This document shows positions 53,501-62,190 of a DNA stretch of 64,000 bases, piece by piece. This DNA is from Omnitrophica bacterium GWA2_41_15 (GTDB lineage: Bacteria > Omnitrophota > Gorgyraeia > Gygaellales > UBA12090): the NCBI GenBank assembly GCA_919902675.1, contig CAKKRH010000032.1, forward strand, positions 1,270 to 65,269, given 5' to 3'. Below the pieces are notes generated by a model. That model was not told where the DNA came from. It made no database searches and worked only from the letters and a program-made list of their open reading frames with translations. Within the stretch, counting starts at the first letter, position 1. Each line of letters opens with the position of its first letter. The position numbers and the translations under genes are program-made.

Positions 53501-54524
53501 GCACCTCTCCGGCAGCCTCGATGGTAATCTTTTGCGCCAGGTCTCCCTTGGCAACTGCGGTAGTAACTAAAGCAATGTTGCGCACCTGTGCAGTAAGGTT
53601 AGCTGCCATAGCATTAACCCGGTCAGTAAGGTCCTTCCATGTCCCGGCTACGCCCGGCACTGCTGCCTGTCCGCCGAGTTTTCCTTCCGTGCCTACTTCC
53701 TTGGCCACGCGGGTAACCTCTGCGCCAAAAAGAGTAAGATTATCTACCATTTTATTGATTGTATTCTTTAGCTCCAGAATTTCACCTTTCGCCTCAACCG
53801 TAATCTTCTGCGCCAGATCTCCGTTAGCAACTGCGGTAGTAACCTGAGCGATGTTACGTACCTGACTGGTTAAGTTTGCTGCCATAGCATTAACGTTATC
53901 TGTAAGGTCCTTCCAAAGACCGGCTACTCTTTCTACCTTTGCCTGGCCGCCTAATTTTCCTTCTGTGCCTACCTCTTTGGCAATACGGGTAACTTCTGCG
54001 CCAAAAGTATTTAGTGAATCCACCATAGCATTAATGGTATTTTTAAGTTCAAGTATCTCGCCTCTTGCTTCCACGGTAATCTTCTGAGATAAATCTCCTT
54101 TGGCTACTGCAGTAGTAACCTGAGCGATATTACGCACCTGAGCGGTAAGGTTTGAAGCCATGGCATTGACGTTGTCAGTAAGATCCTTCCATGTCCCGGC
54201 CACACCCTGAACTGCTGCCTGGCCGCCGAGTTTACCTTCCGTGCCTACTTCTTTGGCCACGCGGGTAACCTCACCGCTAAAAGCTGTTAAGAGATCAACC
54301 ATACTGTTATAGGAATCCGCTAATTCGCCAAAGATATCTTCTCTTCCTGATTTTAACTTTTTAGTGAGATCGCCTTTTCTCACAGCTTCTAAGGCCTCTA
54401 ATAAATCTCTTAACTGTTTTTCTGACCCCTCGCTAAAGCCCTCTTCTCTTTCCAATGTTGCAACATCAGCCTCTGATTCGCCAAATAAAGCCTTCTTTGC
54501 CGCTTGTCTAATTGGCTTTGCCAT
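50556..54524 (-). CDS. Soluble methyl-accepting chemotaxis protein with poly-HAMP array
   Basis: 1322 aa with no hydrophobic TM segment. It has an N-terminal HAMP, ten tandem 92-aa units and a C-terminal MCP signalling domain ([24 protein letters not shown]). Confidence 0.9.
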   Translation of the reverse strand: MAKPIRQAAKKALFGESEADVATLEREEGFSEGSEKQLRDLLEALEAVRKGDLTKKLKSGREDIFGELADSYNSMVDLLTAFSGEVTRVAKEVGTEGKLGGQAAVQGVAGTWKDLTDNVNAMASNLTAQVRNIAQVTTAVAKGDLSQKITVEARGEILELKNTINAMVDSLNTFGAEVTRIAKEVGTEGKLGGQAKVERVAGLWKDLTDNVNAMAANLTSQVRNIAQVTTAVANGDLAQKITVEAKGEILELKNTINKMVDNLTLFGAEVTRVAKEVGTEGKLGGQAAVPGVAGTWKDLTDRVNAMAANLTAQVRNIALVTTAVAKGDLAQKITIEAAGEVLQLKETINKMVDSLNLFAAEVTRVAKEVGTEGKLGGQAAVPGVGGTWKDLTDNVNAMAGNLTSQVRNIAQVTTAVANGDMAQKITVEAKGEILELKNTINKMVDSLNTFGAEVTRVAKEVGTDGKLGGQATVPGVGGLWKDLTDRVNAMAANLTSQVRNIALVTTAVAKGDLAQKITIEAAGEVLQLKDTINKMVDSLNTFAAEVTRVAKEVGTEGKLGGQAAVPGVGGTWKDLTDNVNAMAGNLTAQVRNIAQVTTAVANGDLAQKITVEVKGEMLALKDTINKMVDSLNTFAAEVTRVAKEVGTEGKLGGQAAVPGVGGTWKDLTDNVNAMAGNLTAQVRNIAQVTTAVANGDLAQKITVEVKGEMLALKDTINKMVDSLNTFAAEVTRVAKEVGTEGKLGGQAAVPGVAGTWKDLTDRVNAMAANLTSQVRNIALVTTAVAKGDLAQKITVEAMGEILELKNTINAMVDSLNTFAAEVTRVAKEVGTEGKLGGQAAVPGVAGTWKDLTDRVNAMAANLTAQVRNIAKVGTAIAMGDLTQKITVEAAGEILQLKDTLNSMVDNLNRLANEVSRVAQVAGVEGKLSERAKVEGVGGSWKNIVDTLNTLIDSIAKPVQEVIRLSLALSKGDISQRYALEARGDIKTLTDALNKSFDDLGKTIRLAMESSTKVASSSNQLSNASRQVNTALGQVAKTTQEIAAGSREQSKKLETSTKVVAELSKSIQQGAANSKAAAEATQEAAKLAEKGTESGKQAAGRLKTIDDIVKANTTTVKDLDKRAKEIAVIVGTTKDIADQTNLLALNAAIEAAHAGEAGRGFAVVADEIRKLAEGTKKAAVQIEGMVSTITDSTAEVVTGMTAGTQQVSESIDIVNQALAILGQIGVGTQEITSKAQEVSAATTAQAGGAQQVAKTIEEIALTAEQAATGSSEMSTSIQQQTQAMQQMTSSAQNLSGLAEQLRTALRRFKVSAQEVVEEEGEDK
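51525..54284. repeat. Ten tandem 276-bp (92-codon) units encoding paired HAMP domains
   Basis: The unit is [84 protein letters not shown]. Units 1-9 are highly similar and unit 10 is diverged. Confidence 0.9.
52327..52943. repeat. Perfect period-276 tandem duplication (2.2 units, 100% identity)
   Basis: 52327-52667 is identical to 52603-52943 base for base. The identical shadow ORFs 52428-52634 and 52704-52910 in the track confirm the 276-nt offset. Confidence 0.95.
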
Positions 54525-54559
54525 TTTTTTCCTCCTCCATTTAGTAGCGTTTAGTTTTT

Positions 54560-55378
54560 CTATCCGCTATTAACTATTTCCTTCGCAATCCTTCTATACG
54601 TCCTTCCTGCATCACTAAAAGGCGCATAATGAGAAATGGGCATTCCCTTCATCTGCGCTCTACAGATTTTTCGCGAAAACGGTATGGTGAAAATTTTAAC
54701 TTGCGGCATATTATTTTCGCTTAAGAATTCCTTTAATAGCTTTTTAATTTCCCATGCCTGGTATTTATCCAAGACTGATATGGAGGTTTCCCTTAAAAGC
54801 ATCATTAACAGATTGATTTCTACCCCCAGTTCTTTATTCAGCTCTATAACTAGGCTCTTCAGGGTCGCCAGCGTCTCATAGGCAAATATCCCTGAATCTA
54901 AGGGAATGATAATATTTTCTGAAGCAACAATTCCATTAATCATAAGCAGTGTTGAGCCCGGAGGAACATCTATCAACACATAATCGAAATGCCCCGTTAT
55001 GCCAGCTAAATTTTGTCTCAATAAAGCTGTATTATTGGCTTGACCAGCCATATGGGTTTCCGCGGCCAGAAGATCTAAAGAGGAAGGCGCAAGATATATC
55101 TTTGAGCTTGTTTCCAATATTGTTTCCTCTATATTCTTTTGCCCAAAGAGGACATCATAAATTGAGAAATCAACGGTTTTTCTATCAATGCCCAAACCAG
55201 AGGTGGCATTACCTTGTGGATCTAAATCTATAACCAATACTTTCTTATTCATCTTGGTAAACCACCCGGCGATGTTTAGACAAGATGTTGTTTTTCCTGT
55301 ACCTCCTTTATGGTGGACAAAGGCGATACTCATTGGTTTTTTCGTATCAGTTGATGTTTTTGTGAACATATTTTTCAC
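54560..55378 (-). CDS. ParA/MinD-family ATPase at the head of the che cluster (PpfA/ParC-like position)
   Basis: 272 aa with deviant Walker [11 protein letters not shown] and DLDPQGN. It lies immediately upstream of the soluble MCP. Confidence 0.8.
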   Translation of the reverse strand: MKNMFTKTSTDTKKPMSIAFVHHKGGTGKTTSCLNIAGWFTKMNKKVLVIDLDPQGNATSGLGIDRKTVDFSIYDVLFGQKNIEETILETSSKIYLAPSSLDLLAAETHMAGQANNTALLRQNLAGITGHFDYVLIDVPPGSTLLMINGIVASENIIIPLDSGIFAYETLATLKSLVIELNKELGVEINLLMMLLRETSISVLDKYQAWEIKKLLKEFLSENNMPQVKIFTIPFSRKICRAQMKGMPISHYAPFSDAGRTYRRIAKEIVNSG

Positions 55379-55447
55379 TTAATGGATCCTCAAATAAAAA
55401 AACCCAAGCTCTAATTATTTAGAAACTTGGGTTTAACCTTATATTTT

Positions 55448-55546
55448 CCCGTTTTTCCCGTAAAAAACGGGATCCCGACTTTGTCGGGAAAATCCCTCCG
55501 CTTTAATAATAAAGCGGAATGTTTTACTCTCTCTCTCTCTCTCTCT
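55448..55546. repeat. Three consecutive small hairpins followed by a (CT)10 microsatellite
   Basis: cccgttttt/aaaaacggg (55448-55471), tcccgac/gtcggga (55473-55489), tccgcttta/taaagcgga (55497-55518), then ctctctctctctctctctct (55527-55546). Confidence 0.85.
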
Positions 55547-55608
55547 GCTAAAGCCATTAGAATTATGGCATCTTCTTTCACTTATTGTTCCCCATTTTTA
55601 TGTATGGC

Positions 55609-55833
55609 CTATTTACCCGACAACTTACTACGAATCAGACGCAAGGTATAACCTTCAAGCATCATTGCTTCTATCTTCTTTAACGTCTCGGAAACCACCG
55701 CCTCATCGTACAACCTGACACCACCACCCTTTTTAACCACTGTAAGCAACCCAATAGTAGTATAGTAGTTTAACGTATGATAAGCAAGATTAAATTTTTT
55801 AACTATGTTTTTTGCGGAAATAGGTTTTCCCAT
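55609..55833 (-). CDS. Small MerR-type HTH protein
   Basis: 74 aa: ISAKNIVKKFNLAYHTLNYYTTIGLL...GGGVRLYDE. Confidence 0.55.
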   Translation of the reverse strand: MGKPISAKNIVKKFNLAYHTLNYYTTIGLLTVVKKGGGVRLYDEAVVSETLKKIEAMMLEGYTLRLIRSKLSGK

Positions 55834-56123
55834 TCTATAGAGTCTTTTTATCTAACTACCGCGCACTTGACCTTTCGACTGCCTAAAGTTAGAGTAATTA
55901 CTACAATTGTCTAATTTGTATTATTTATATCACATTTTAAATATTTGTCAAGAATATTTTCCTTTGTTGTTTTTTTAAACCGCAAAAACGTAAAATAGCC
56001 GTTAGAAGTAAATGTTCCGCGGAGACGCAGAAAAAAACTTATTGAATTTCCGCGCTTCAGCGGAGAGTATTTATCTTGATTCAACGTTTCGGCGGTTGCA
56101 AAACCGTAGAGGCGTAAAAAGAA

Positions 56124-56226
56124 TTTAAACCGCAAAAACGCAAAATGGAGCTTGATGAACGCGATTAATCAAAAAAATAAAAACCGAAAAACAAGCGTTT
56201 TATTTGCTTTTAGGTTTTTCGGTATT
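56124..56226. repeat. About 105-bp A-rich repeat element, copy 2
   Basis: tttaaaccgcaaaaacgcaaaatggagcttgatgaac..attaatcaaaaaaataaaaaccgaaaaac...tttgcttttaggtttttcggt. It aligns with 40027-40135. An extra half-site aaaccgcaaaaacgtaaaat occurs at about 55978. Confidence 0.75.
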
Positions 56227-56266
56227 TCGGTTTTTAGTTTTTCGATTCTATCTGATACTTCCTTAT

Positions 56267-56584
56267 TTACACTACCGCCCGGAGTTGAATCCTTAAGGAG
56301 TTGATGAAAGATACTAAACACAGCCTGTTTTCAAAGGAAAAATACATACTTCCTTTTATCCGGCAGTAAAATATCTCCATCCGGTTCTTTTTATCCTGCT
56401 TCTTAAAGACATAAAGGTTAGGCTGGGGCAGGGCTTTATTCTCGCCTTTGGCCTCAAAAACCCGGCAGACCAAATGACGGTTAACCGTGGTCCGGATGCC
56501 TTCCTGCTCAGACAATTCCGAGCAGGCTAACACCCTCTGGCCTTTGGCTAGTGAGGTAATATTCCTGAATTGCAGGTCTCGCAT
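56267..56584 (-). CDS. Hypothetical protein (no recognisable motif; weak gene call)
   Basis: 105 aa from ATG 56584 (MRDLQFRNITSLAKGQRV...). There is no SD sequence. The ORF-track GTG start lies inside the hairpin element. Confidence 0.35.
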   Translation of the reverse strand: MRDLQFRNITSLAKGQRVLACSELSEQEGIRTTVNRHLVCRVFEAKGENKALPQPNLYVFKKQDKKNRMEIFYCRIKGSMYFSFENRLCLVSFINSLRIQLRAVV

Positions 56585-56585
56585 T

Positions 56586-56641
56586 TTAATGAGCACGTAA
56601 CTTATAGAACGATAGTGTTCATAAATTACTGTGCGAATTAA
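56586..56641. repeat. About 60-nt hairpin element (copy 2 of the 30838 family)
   Basis: ttaatgagcacgtaacttat...ctgtgcgaattaa. The termini ttaatgagcacg and ctgtgcgaattaa are shared with 30838-30903. Confidence 0.75.
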
Positions 56642-56921
56642 TCCCGCCGAATGAGGCGGGATAAGCTCCTTTAAGGTAAAACAGATGCAAATGTTAACTA
56701 TACTTTTTAAAAGTGCTTAAGAATAGCTCAAAAAAAAGGTTTTTCTGCTTTTGCTTGTCTACTTCTTCTCTCCTGCTACTCAAAGTATACCATTAATATA
56801 TATGGTTTTCAACCCCATATTTGGCTTTTCGAGAAAGCGCTTTCTTTAAAAACACGGATACACACGGATTAAAATGCGCGGATACGCACAGATAAAAAAC
56901 ATAGATGAGCGCGAATAAAAA

Positions 56922-57560
56922 TTAGATTTTCTTTTTTTTGTTAAGGGTTAGGCGAGGTTCTTGATTTTTTAATAATCTGGAGATGTTAGATTTGTGGCGG
57001 GCAATTATAAAAACGGATAAACCCAGGCTCATCAGGATAAGCGGCCAGGGTTGCCTGAGGACGATAAAAAACACGGGAAAAATAACCGCGCTGACCAGGG
57101 AAGCCAGAGAAACTATCCGACTGGATAAAAAAACCATAAGCCAAATCAAGATTTCACTGAGTAGGATAATTTTAAGGACGGAAAACTTCAGGCTGAGGCC
57201 GATCAAAACTCCTAAAGTAGCGGCCATGCCTTTGCCGCCTTTGAAATTCAGGAATACGGTAAAACTGTGGCCTAAAACCGCGATAACTCCGCACAAAACC
57301 CTGATCAACAATTCATTAATTGCCTGCTGTTTAAGAATAAAATCCGCGACCGGGACAACGCCTATCACTCCCTTAAGGGCATCCAAAACCAAAACCGCTG
57401 CCCCCATACCCGGACCCAGAACCCGGAAGGCATTAGTAGCCCCGACATTCCCCGAACCGTGCCTGCGAATATCAATTCCTTTAAATATCCTGCCAAAGAT
57501 ATAGGCGGTGGGAATTGAGCCGATAAGATAACTCAGCAGCAAACCTGAAATCAGGATCAA
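56922..57560 (-). CDS. plsY: Glycerol-3-phosphate acyltransferase PlsY
   Basis: 212 aa: GSIPTAYIFGR...DIRRHGSGNVGATNAFRVLG...FKGGKG. Confidence 0.9.
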   Translation of the reverse strand: MILISGLLLSYLIGSIPTAYIFGRIFKGIDIRRHGSGNVGATNAFRVLGPGMGAAVLVLDALKGVIGVVPVADFILKQQAINELLIRVLCGVIAVLGHSFTVFLNFKGGKGMAATLGVLIGLSLKFSVLKIILLSEILIWLMVFLSSRIVSLASLVSAVIFPVFFIVLRQPWPLILMSLGLSVFIIARHKSNISRLLKNQEPRLTLNKKKKI

Positions 57561-58117
57561 AACAGCACCTTCAATCCTTTTCTTAAATAATCTATTCCGG
57601 AAAGAACAGTAAATGCCGCGGTAAGGGCCGCGATTATTTTTAGGTCCGGGAATTTTAACAGAACCGCGATAATGGTGAGCATCTGAAAGAAGGTAGTGTA
57701 TTTACCCCATTTACTGGGGGTAAGAATAAGCTCGTCTTTGATTACATAAATCACTGCCGAGCCCAATAGTATAATCAGGTCGCGGCTTAAGACGATTATC
57801 ACCAGCCACAAGGGGATATTTATGCCGGGAAGGTTATCTTTAAGGTAGATAAAAATAAAGGAGCAAGAAAGCATAACCTTATCCGCCAGAGGGTCTAATA
57901 TCGCCCCGGCCTTGGTCTTCTGTTGCATAATCCTGGCCAGGAATCCATCCAGGGCATCAGATATCACCCCTAAGAAAAATATCCCCAGGGCCAAAAACCT
58001 TAAATAATCCTTGGCCGGCTGATAGTATAAAATCGTGGTAACAAAAAAAGGGACCGAAACAATCCTGAAAATAGAAACCTTATTGGCAAAGCTCATTCCT
58101 TTGGTTTTTTTATCCAT
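57557..58117 (-). CDS. pgsA: CDP-alcohol phosphatidyltransferase (PgsA-like)
   Basis: DALDGFLARIMQQKTKAGAILDPLADK motif. Start trimmed to MDKKTKGMSFANK (ATG 58117) because the longer ORF reads through the 28-bp palindrome. Confidence 0.8.
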   Translation of the reverse strand: MDKKTKGMSFANKVSIFRIVSVPFFVTTILYYQPAKDYLRFLALGIFFLGVISDALDGFLARIMQQKTKAGAILDPLADKVMLSCSFIFIYLKDNLPGINIPLWLVIIVLSRDLIILLGSAVIYVIKDELILTPSKWGKYTTFFQMLTIIAVLLKFPDLKIIAALTAAFTVLSGIDYLRKGLKVLF

Positions 58118-58125
58118 GGCACTTT

Positions 58126-58153
58126 GTAGGGGCTGTTCGCGAACAGCCCCTAC
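58126..58153. repeat. Perfect 28-bp palindrome GTAGGGGCTGTTCGCGAACAGCCCCTAC between lepB and pgsA
   Basis: The sequence is self-complementary as read and has no flanking T-run. Confidence 0.9.
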
Positions 58154-58167
58154 CCGCGAACCTTCCT

Positions 58168-58848
58168 TCATTTTATTATTTTTATCCTGTTGGGCGGCCA
58201 ATAAACTACCATTGCCTTGCCTAAAACATTCTTTTTAGGCACAAACCCCCAATAACGGCTGTCCCGGGAAGATGAAGAATTGTCCCCCAGAACATAAAAA
58301 GAACTCTCCGGCACCTTAATTATCTGCCCTTCTTTACCGAAGTCGCTCTCCGGGCGGTTATAATAGTAGCGGTTATGAATAAACTGGTCTTTATTCAAGA
58401 TGCCGTTAATATAGATACTGCCGTTACGGATTTCCAGCGTCTCTCCCGGCAAGGCCACCAAGCGCTTGATAAAATCCTTTTTGGGGTCTTCGGGGTATCT
58501 AAAAACAACCACATCCCCTCTCTGAGGCTGTCTGAGCGCCGGGAGCCTGATTCCGACGAAAGGCACTTCAGCTCCGTAGATAAACTTATTCACCAAAATC
58601 CTGTCCCCCTCTATCAAGGTCATGCGCATTGAACCGGTAGGTATTTTAAAAGCCTGGACAATAAACTGGCGGATAACCAAAGCCAGGATTAGGGCGATAA
58701 TGATTGACTCGGTCCACTCCCGGATCTCGGATTTTATTTTATTTTTCCGTGTTCCCTGTCTGTTTATCCCGCTATCGGCGGAGCCGGCAGACAAGTATTC
58801 CTTAACCCTGCGCCTGAGCCGGAAGCGGGGGGGATTTATCGCTTTCAT
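58168..58848 (-). CDS. lepB: Signal peptidase I
   Basis: 226 aa: IPTGSMRMTL...GDRILVNK...GDNSSSSRDSRYWG. Confidence 0.92.
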   Translation of the reverse strand: MKAINPPRFRLRRRVKEYLSAGSADSGINRQGTRKNKIKSEIREWTESIIIALILALVIRQFIVQAFKIPTGSMRMTLIEGDRILVNKFIYGAEVPFVGIRLPALRQPQRGDVVVFRYPEDPKKDFIKRLVALPGETLEIRNGSIYINGILNKDQFIHNRYYYNRPESDFGKEGQIIKVPESSFYVLGDNSSSSRDSRYWGFVPKKNVLGKAMVVYWPPNRIKIIK

Positions 58849-60644
58849 ATCTTAAGCACCTCCAAAAATGCCTCTTGAGGAATCTCCACTTTGCCGAACT
58901 GCTTCATCCTGGCTTTGCCTTTTTTCTGTTTCTCCCATAATTTGCGTTTGCGGGTGATATCCCCGCCGTAACACTTTGCGGTTACATTTTTACCGGCGGC
59001 CCGGATTTTCTCCGAAGCGATGATCTGACTGCCGATAGCCGCCTGAATGCTTACCTCAAACAACTGTTTAGGAATAACATCTTTTAACCGGCTCACCAGG
59101 TTTCTTCCTTTTTCATAAGCCATTTCTTTATGAATAATACAGGAAAAGGCGTCGCAGGCTTCCCCGTTTATAATAATTTCTAATTTTACCAATTTAGCCG
59201 GAAAATAACCGATAAACTCATAATCCAATGAACCGTAACCCCGGGTTGACGATTTTAAGCGGTCATAAAAATCAACTAAGATTTCTGCCAGGGGCATATC
59301 ATACACCACCTTGACCCGGTCAGCACCCAAAAACTCCGTGGCATTATAAATCCCCCTCTTTCCCCGGGATAGCTCATGCACCGCGTCTAAGTTCTCCGTT
59401 GGCACCAGCATAGTTACCGAAACATACGGCTCTTCACACTCGTCAATATCCTGAGACGATGGAAATTTAGCCGGGTTATCCACATCCACGATCTCACCGC
59501 CGCGCTTCTTTATCCTGTAGCCGGCGCTGGGAACGGTCAATATCAAATTCAACCCGTATTCTCTTTCCAGCCGCTCCTGGATTATCTCCATATGCAAAAG
59601 CCCAAGAAACCCGCAGCGAAAGCCAAAACCAAACGAAGGAGAGCTCTCCGGCTCGTGAATAAAAGAGGCATCAGTAAGCCTAAGTTTCTCAATCGAAGCC
59701 CGCAGTTCGTCAAAATCCGACGCGTTCACCGGATACAAACCGCAAAAAACCAAAGGCTTCAGCTTCCTAAATCCGGGCAAGGGCGCGCTTACGGCATCCT
59801 TGGCGTTAACCACAGTATCCCCCACGGCCACATCCGAGGCGCTTCTAATATTAGAAATAAAATATCCTACCTCACCACAGCTTAAAGTTTCCACCTTAGT
59901 CATCTTTAAATTCTTTAAAACCCCCAACTCTTCTATCTTATAGGCCCGGCCCGGGAGCGAGAGCATCTTCAGGGCGTCATTTGCCTTAATCATCCCCTCA
60001 ACTATTTTTAAAAAAACTATCACTCCCCGGTAGACATCAAATACCGAATCAAAGATCAGGGATTTTAAAGGCTGATCCGGGTTACCGGAGGGAGGCGGCA
60101 GGACCTCAATGATCCTCTCCAAAATTTCCTCCACCCCTTTGCCTTCTTTGGCCGAAGCTAATATTAGTTCATTCTCATCAAAGCCGAAAGCGTCAACCAA
60201 CTGCGATTTTACCCTTTCCACATCCGCGCTCTGCAGGTCAATCTTATTGATCACCGGAATGATTTTTAATTTCAGCTCTTTAGCCAGGTTGAAATTGGCT
60301 ACAGTCTGGGCCTCAACGCCCTGGGTAGCGTCTACCACTAAAATCGCGCCTTCGCAGGCGGCCAGGGCCTTAGAGACTTCATAGGTAAAATCCACGTGCC
60401 CAGGGGTATCAATCAAGTTAAGAATATAGGACTTAGAGTCTTTAGCCTTATATTCCACCCTGACTGCCGAGGCCTTAATAGTAATACCCCGCTCGCGCTC
60501 TAACTCCATATCATCGAGCATCTGCGCGTGGAAATCACGTTTGTCAATCGCGCCCACAAACTCCAGCATTCTATCCGCCAGGGTGGATTTACCATGGTCA
60601 ATATGGGCGATGATGCTAAAGTTACGAATCAGGGATTTATCCAT
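58845..60644 (-). CDS. lepA: Elongation factor 4 (LepA)
   Basis: 599 aa: IRNFSIIAHIDHGKSTLADR...DTPGHVDF...NKIDL, plus a LepA C-terminal region. Confidence 0.96.
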   Translation of the reverse strand: MDKSLIRNFSIIAHIDHGKSTLADRMLEFVGAIDKRDFHAQMLDDMELERERGITIKASAVRVEYKAKDSKSYILNLIDTPGHVDFTYEVSKALAACEGAILVVDATQGVEAQTVANFNLAKELKLKIIPVINKIDLQSADVERVKSQLVDAFGFDENELILASAKEGKGVEEILERIIEVLPPPSGNPDQPLKSLIFDSVFDVYRGVIVFLKIVEGMIKANDALKMLSLPGRAYKIEELGVLKNLKMTKVETLSCGEVGYFISNIRSASDVAVGDTVVNAKDAVSAPLPGFRKLKPLVFCGLYPVNASDFDELRASIEKLRLTDASFIHEPESSPSFGFGFRCGFLGLLHMEIIQERLEREYGLNLILTVPSAGYRIKKRGGEIVDVDNPAKFPSSQDIDECEEPYVSVTMLVPTENLDAVHELSRGKRGIYNATEFLGADRVKVVYDMPLAEILVDFYDRLKSSTRGYGSLDYEFIGYFPAKLVKLEIIINGEACDAFSCIIHKEMAYEKGRNLVSRLKDVIPKQLFEVSIQAAIGSQIIASEKIRAAGKNVTAKCYGGDITRKRKLWEKQKKGKARMKQFGKVEIPQEAFLEVLKI

Positions 60645-61342
60645 TTATATAAAATGTCAACGGTTCCTTCAATAGTCATCTTGGTGGTGTCTATGTAAAT
60701 CGCGTCTTTTGCCTGTTTCAGGGGGGCGCATTTGCGGCTGGAATCAATGGTGTCCCGGTTTTGCAGGTCTTTTCGCACATCCTCCCAGGAAATATCCTGG
60801 CCGTTTTCTTTTAACTCTTTATGCCGCCGGCGCACGCGCTCTTTGAAATCAGCATCTAAAAAAAATTTCTTATCCGCGTTAGGAAATACCGCGGTTCCGA
60901 TATCCCTTCCGTCTAAAACGCAAGAAGCCTTGGAACCCAGTTCCCGCTGGCGGATAAGCATCTCTTTTCTCACCCCCGGCACTTTGGCGGTATCTGAAAC
61001 AAAACTGCTGATATTCGGTTTTCTAATGTCCAAGGAAACATCCTCTCCGTCTAACAAAACCCGAATCGCGCCGTCAGATTTATTTTCTAAATCAATCCTG
61101 GTCTTTTTAGCCAGCCCGGTCAATTGCCGGCCTTGAGCAAAATCTAATCCCTGCCTGATTGCCTTTAGGGTTAAGGCCCGATACATTGCCCCGGTATCAA
61201 TATAAAGAAACCTCATCCGCTTGGCTAAAAGCTTAGCCACAGTTGACTTTCCCGCTCCAGCCGGTCCGTCAATAGCTATAATTATTTTCTTAGCCTTAAC
61301 TTTAATCTTAGAGGCCATTTCTTTTATCCCTGGATTTTTCAA
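60629..61342 (-). CDS. cmk: Cytidylate kinase
   Basis: IIAIDGPAGAGKST...YIDTGAMYRA. An alternative start is MASKIK at 61318. Confidence 0.9.
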   Translation of the reverse strand: MKNPGIKEMASKIKVKAKKIIIAIDGPAGAGKSTVAKLLAKRMRFLYIDTGAMYRALTLKAIRQGLDFAQGRQLTGLAKKTRIDLENKSDGAIRVLLDGEDVSLDIRKPNISSFVSDTAKVPGVRKEMLIRQRELGSKASCVLDGRDIGTAVFPNADKKFFLDADFKERVRRRHKELKENGQDISWEDVRKDLQNRDTIDSSRKCAPLKQAKDAIYIDTTKMTIEGTVDILYKWINP

Positions 61343-62138
61343 GATAGGCCTTTAAGGCGCCGTCATCGTTGTTTTTAATCAAAAGCTTCAACCCGCGGAG
61401 CGATTTTTCAAAGGTATTTATTGCCGCCAGCAGCTCCTTGCGGTTAGTCAGAAAGATATCCTTCCACAATAAGGGGTCGGATAAACCTATACGGGTGGTA
61501 TCTTTCAGCCCGCCGGCGCCGAATTTAAGATACTCGCTTTTTAAACAATCAATCAGGCTAAAAACAACAGCGTGGGGAAGATGGCTGGTAAAGGCCAAAA
61601 TACGGTCGTGGAGCGCGGAATTTAAAATCAGCGTCCTGGCGCCTAAAGCCTCCCAAAGCTTTCTCGCCCGGCTTAAATCCTGGGAATTATATTTCTTAGG
61701 CGGCACTAAAAGGCAAAGGGAATTCATAAAAAGGTCTGCCCGGGCATTCTCAGGGCCCTTCTTCTCCATTCCGGCTAAAGGATGACAGCCGATAAACCTG
61801 AGTTTGTGTTTCTCGGCGATTTTAATAATCGCGGACTTGGTTGAACCGGCATCAATTATTAAGCAATCTTCACCGGTGAGATTCTTTAGCTTGGGCAGGA
61901 TGTTGATTATCTCTTTAACCGGAGCGGATAAAACCACCAAATCCGCTTCCTTGAGATGGTCTAACCCTAAATATCCCTGATCAATAGCACCGGCTTTTAA
62001 AGCCTGGTTAATTGATTTTTGGCGATGGCCGATGCCGATTATTTCTTTGGCCAGGGACTTTTTCTTTAAAGCCAGCCCGAAAGAACCGCCGATTAAACCC
62101 ACGCCAATAATCGCGACTTTATTAAATAAACGCATCAC
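61308..62138 (-). CDS. tyrA: Prephenate dehydrogenase
   Basis: 276 aa: VAIIGVGLIGGSFGLALKK...D.GS.K...GCHPLAG. Confidence 0.85.
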   Translation of the reverse strand: MMRLFNKVAIIGVGLIGGSFGLALKKKSLAKEIIGIGHRQKSINQALKAGAIDQGYLGLDHLKEADLVVLSAPVKEIINILPKLKNLTGEDCLIIDAGSTKSAIIKIAEKHKLRFIGCHPLAGMEKKGPENARADLFMNSLCLLVPPKKYNSQDLSRARKLWEALGARTLILNSALHDRILAFTSHLPHAVVFSLIDCLKSEYLKFGAGGLKDTTRIGLSDPLLWKDIFLTNRKELLAAINTFEKSLRGLKLLIKNNDDGALKAYLEKSRDKRNGL

Positions 62139-62172
62139 TTATATCCGAATTTGGACAGCAACAACCAATTAC

Positions 62173-62190
62173 TAACCTCTAACCTCTAAC
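62173..62190. repeat. TAACCTC x2.5 word array between aroF and tyrA
   Basis: taacctc taacctc taac is the reverse complement of the GAGGTTA word in the 28554-28588 array. Confidence 0.75.

Noticed and set aside
51958-53847. Series of plus-strand ORFs ([11 protein letters not shown]..., [10 protein letters not shown]...) repeating every 276 nt
   Set aside because: They are antisense shadows of the poly-HAMP repeat. Their periodicity just mirrors the MCP tandem units.
55911-56135. 74-aa ORF (TTG start) in the 55.8-56.3 kb gap
   Set aside because: It has a TTG start inside the A-rich repeat element, a low-complexity Phe/Lys/Leu composition and no RBS. It is probably non-coding.
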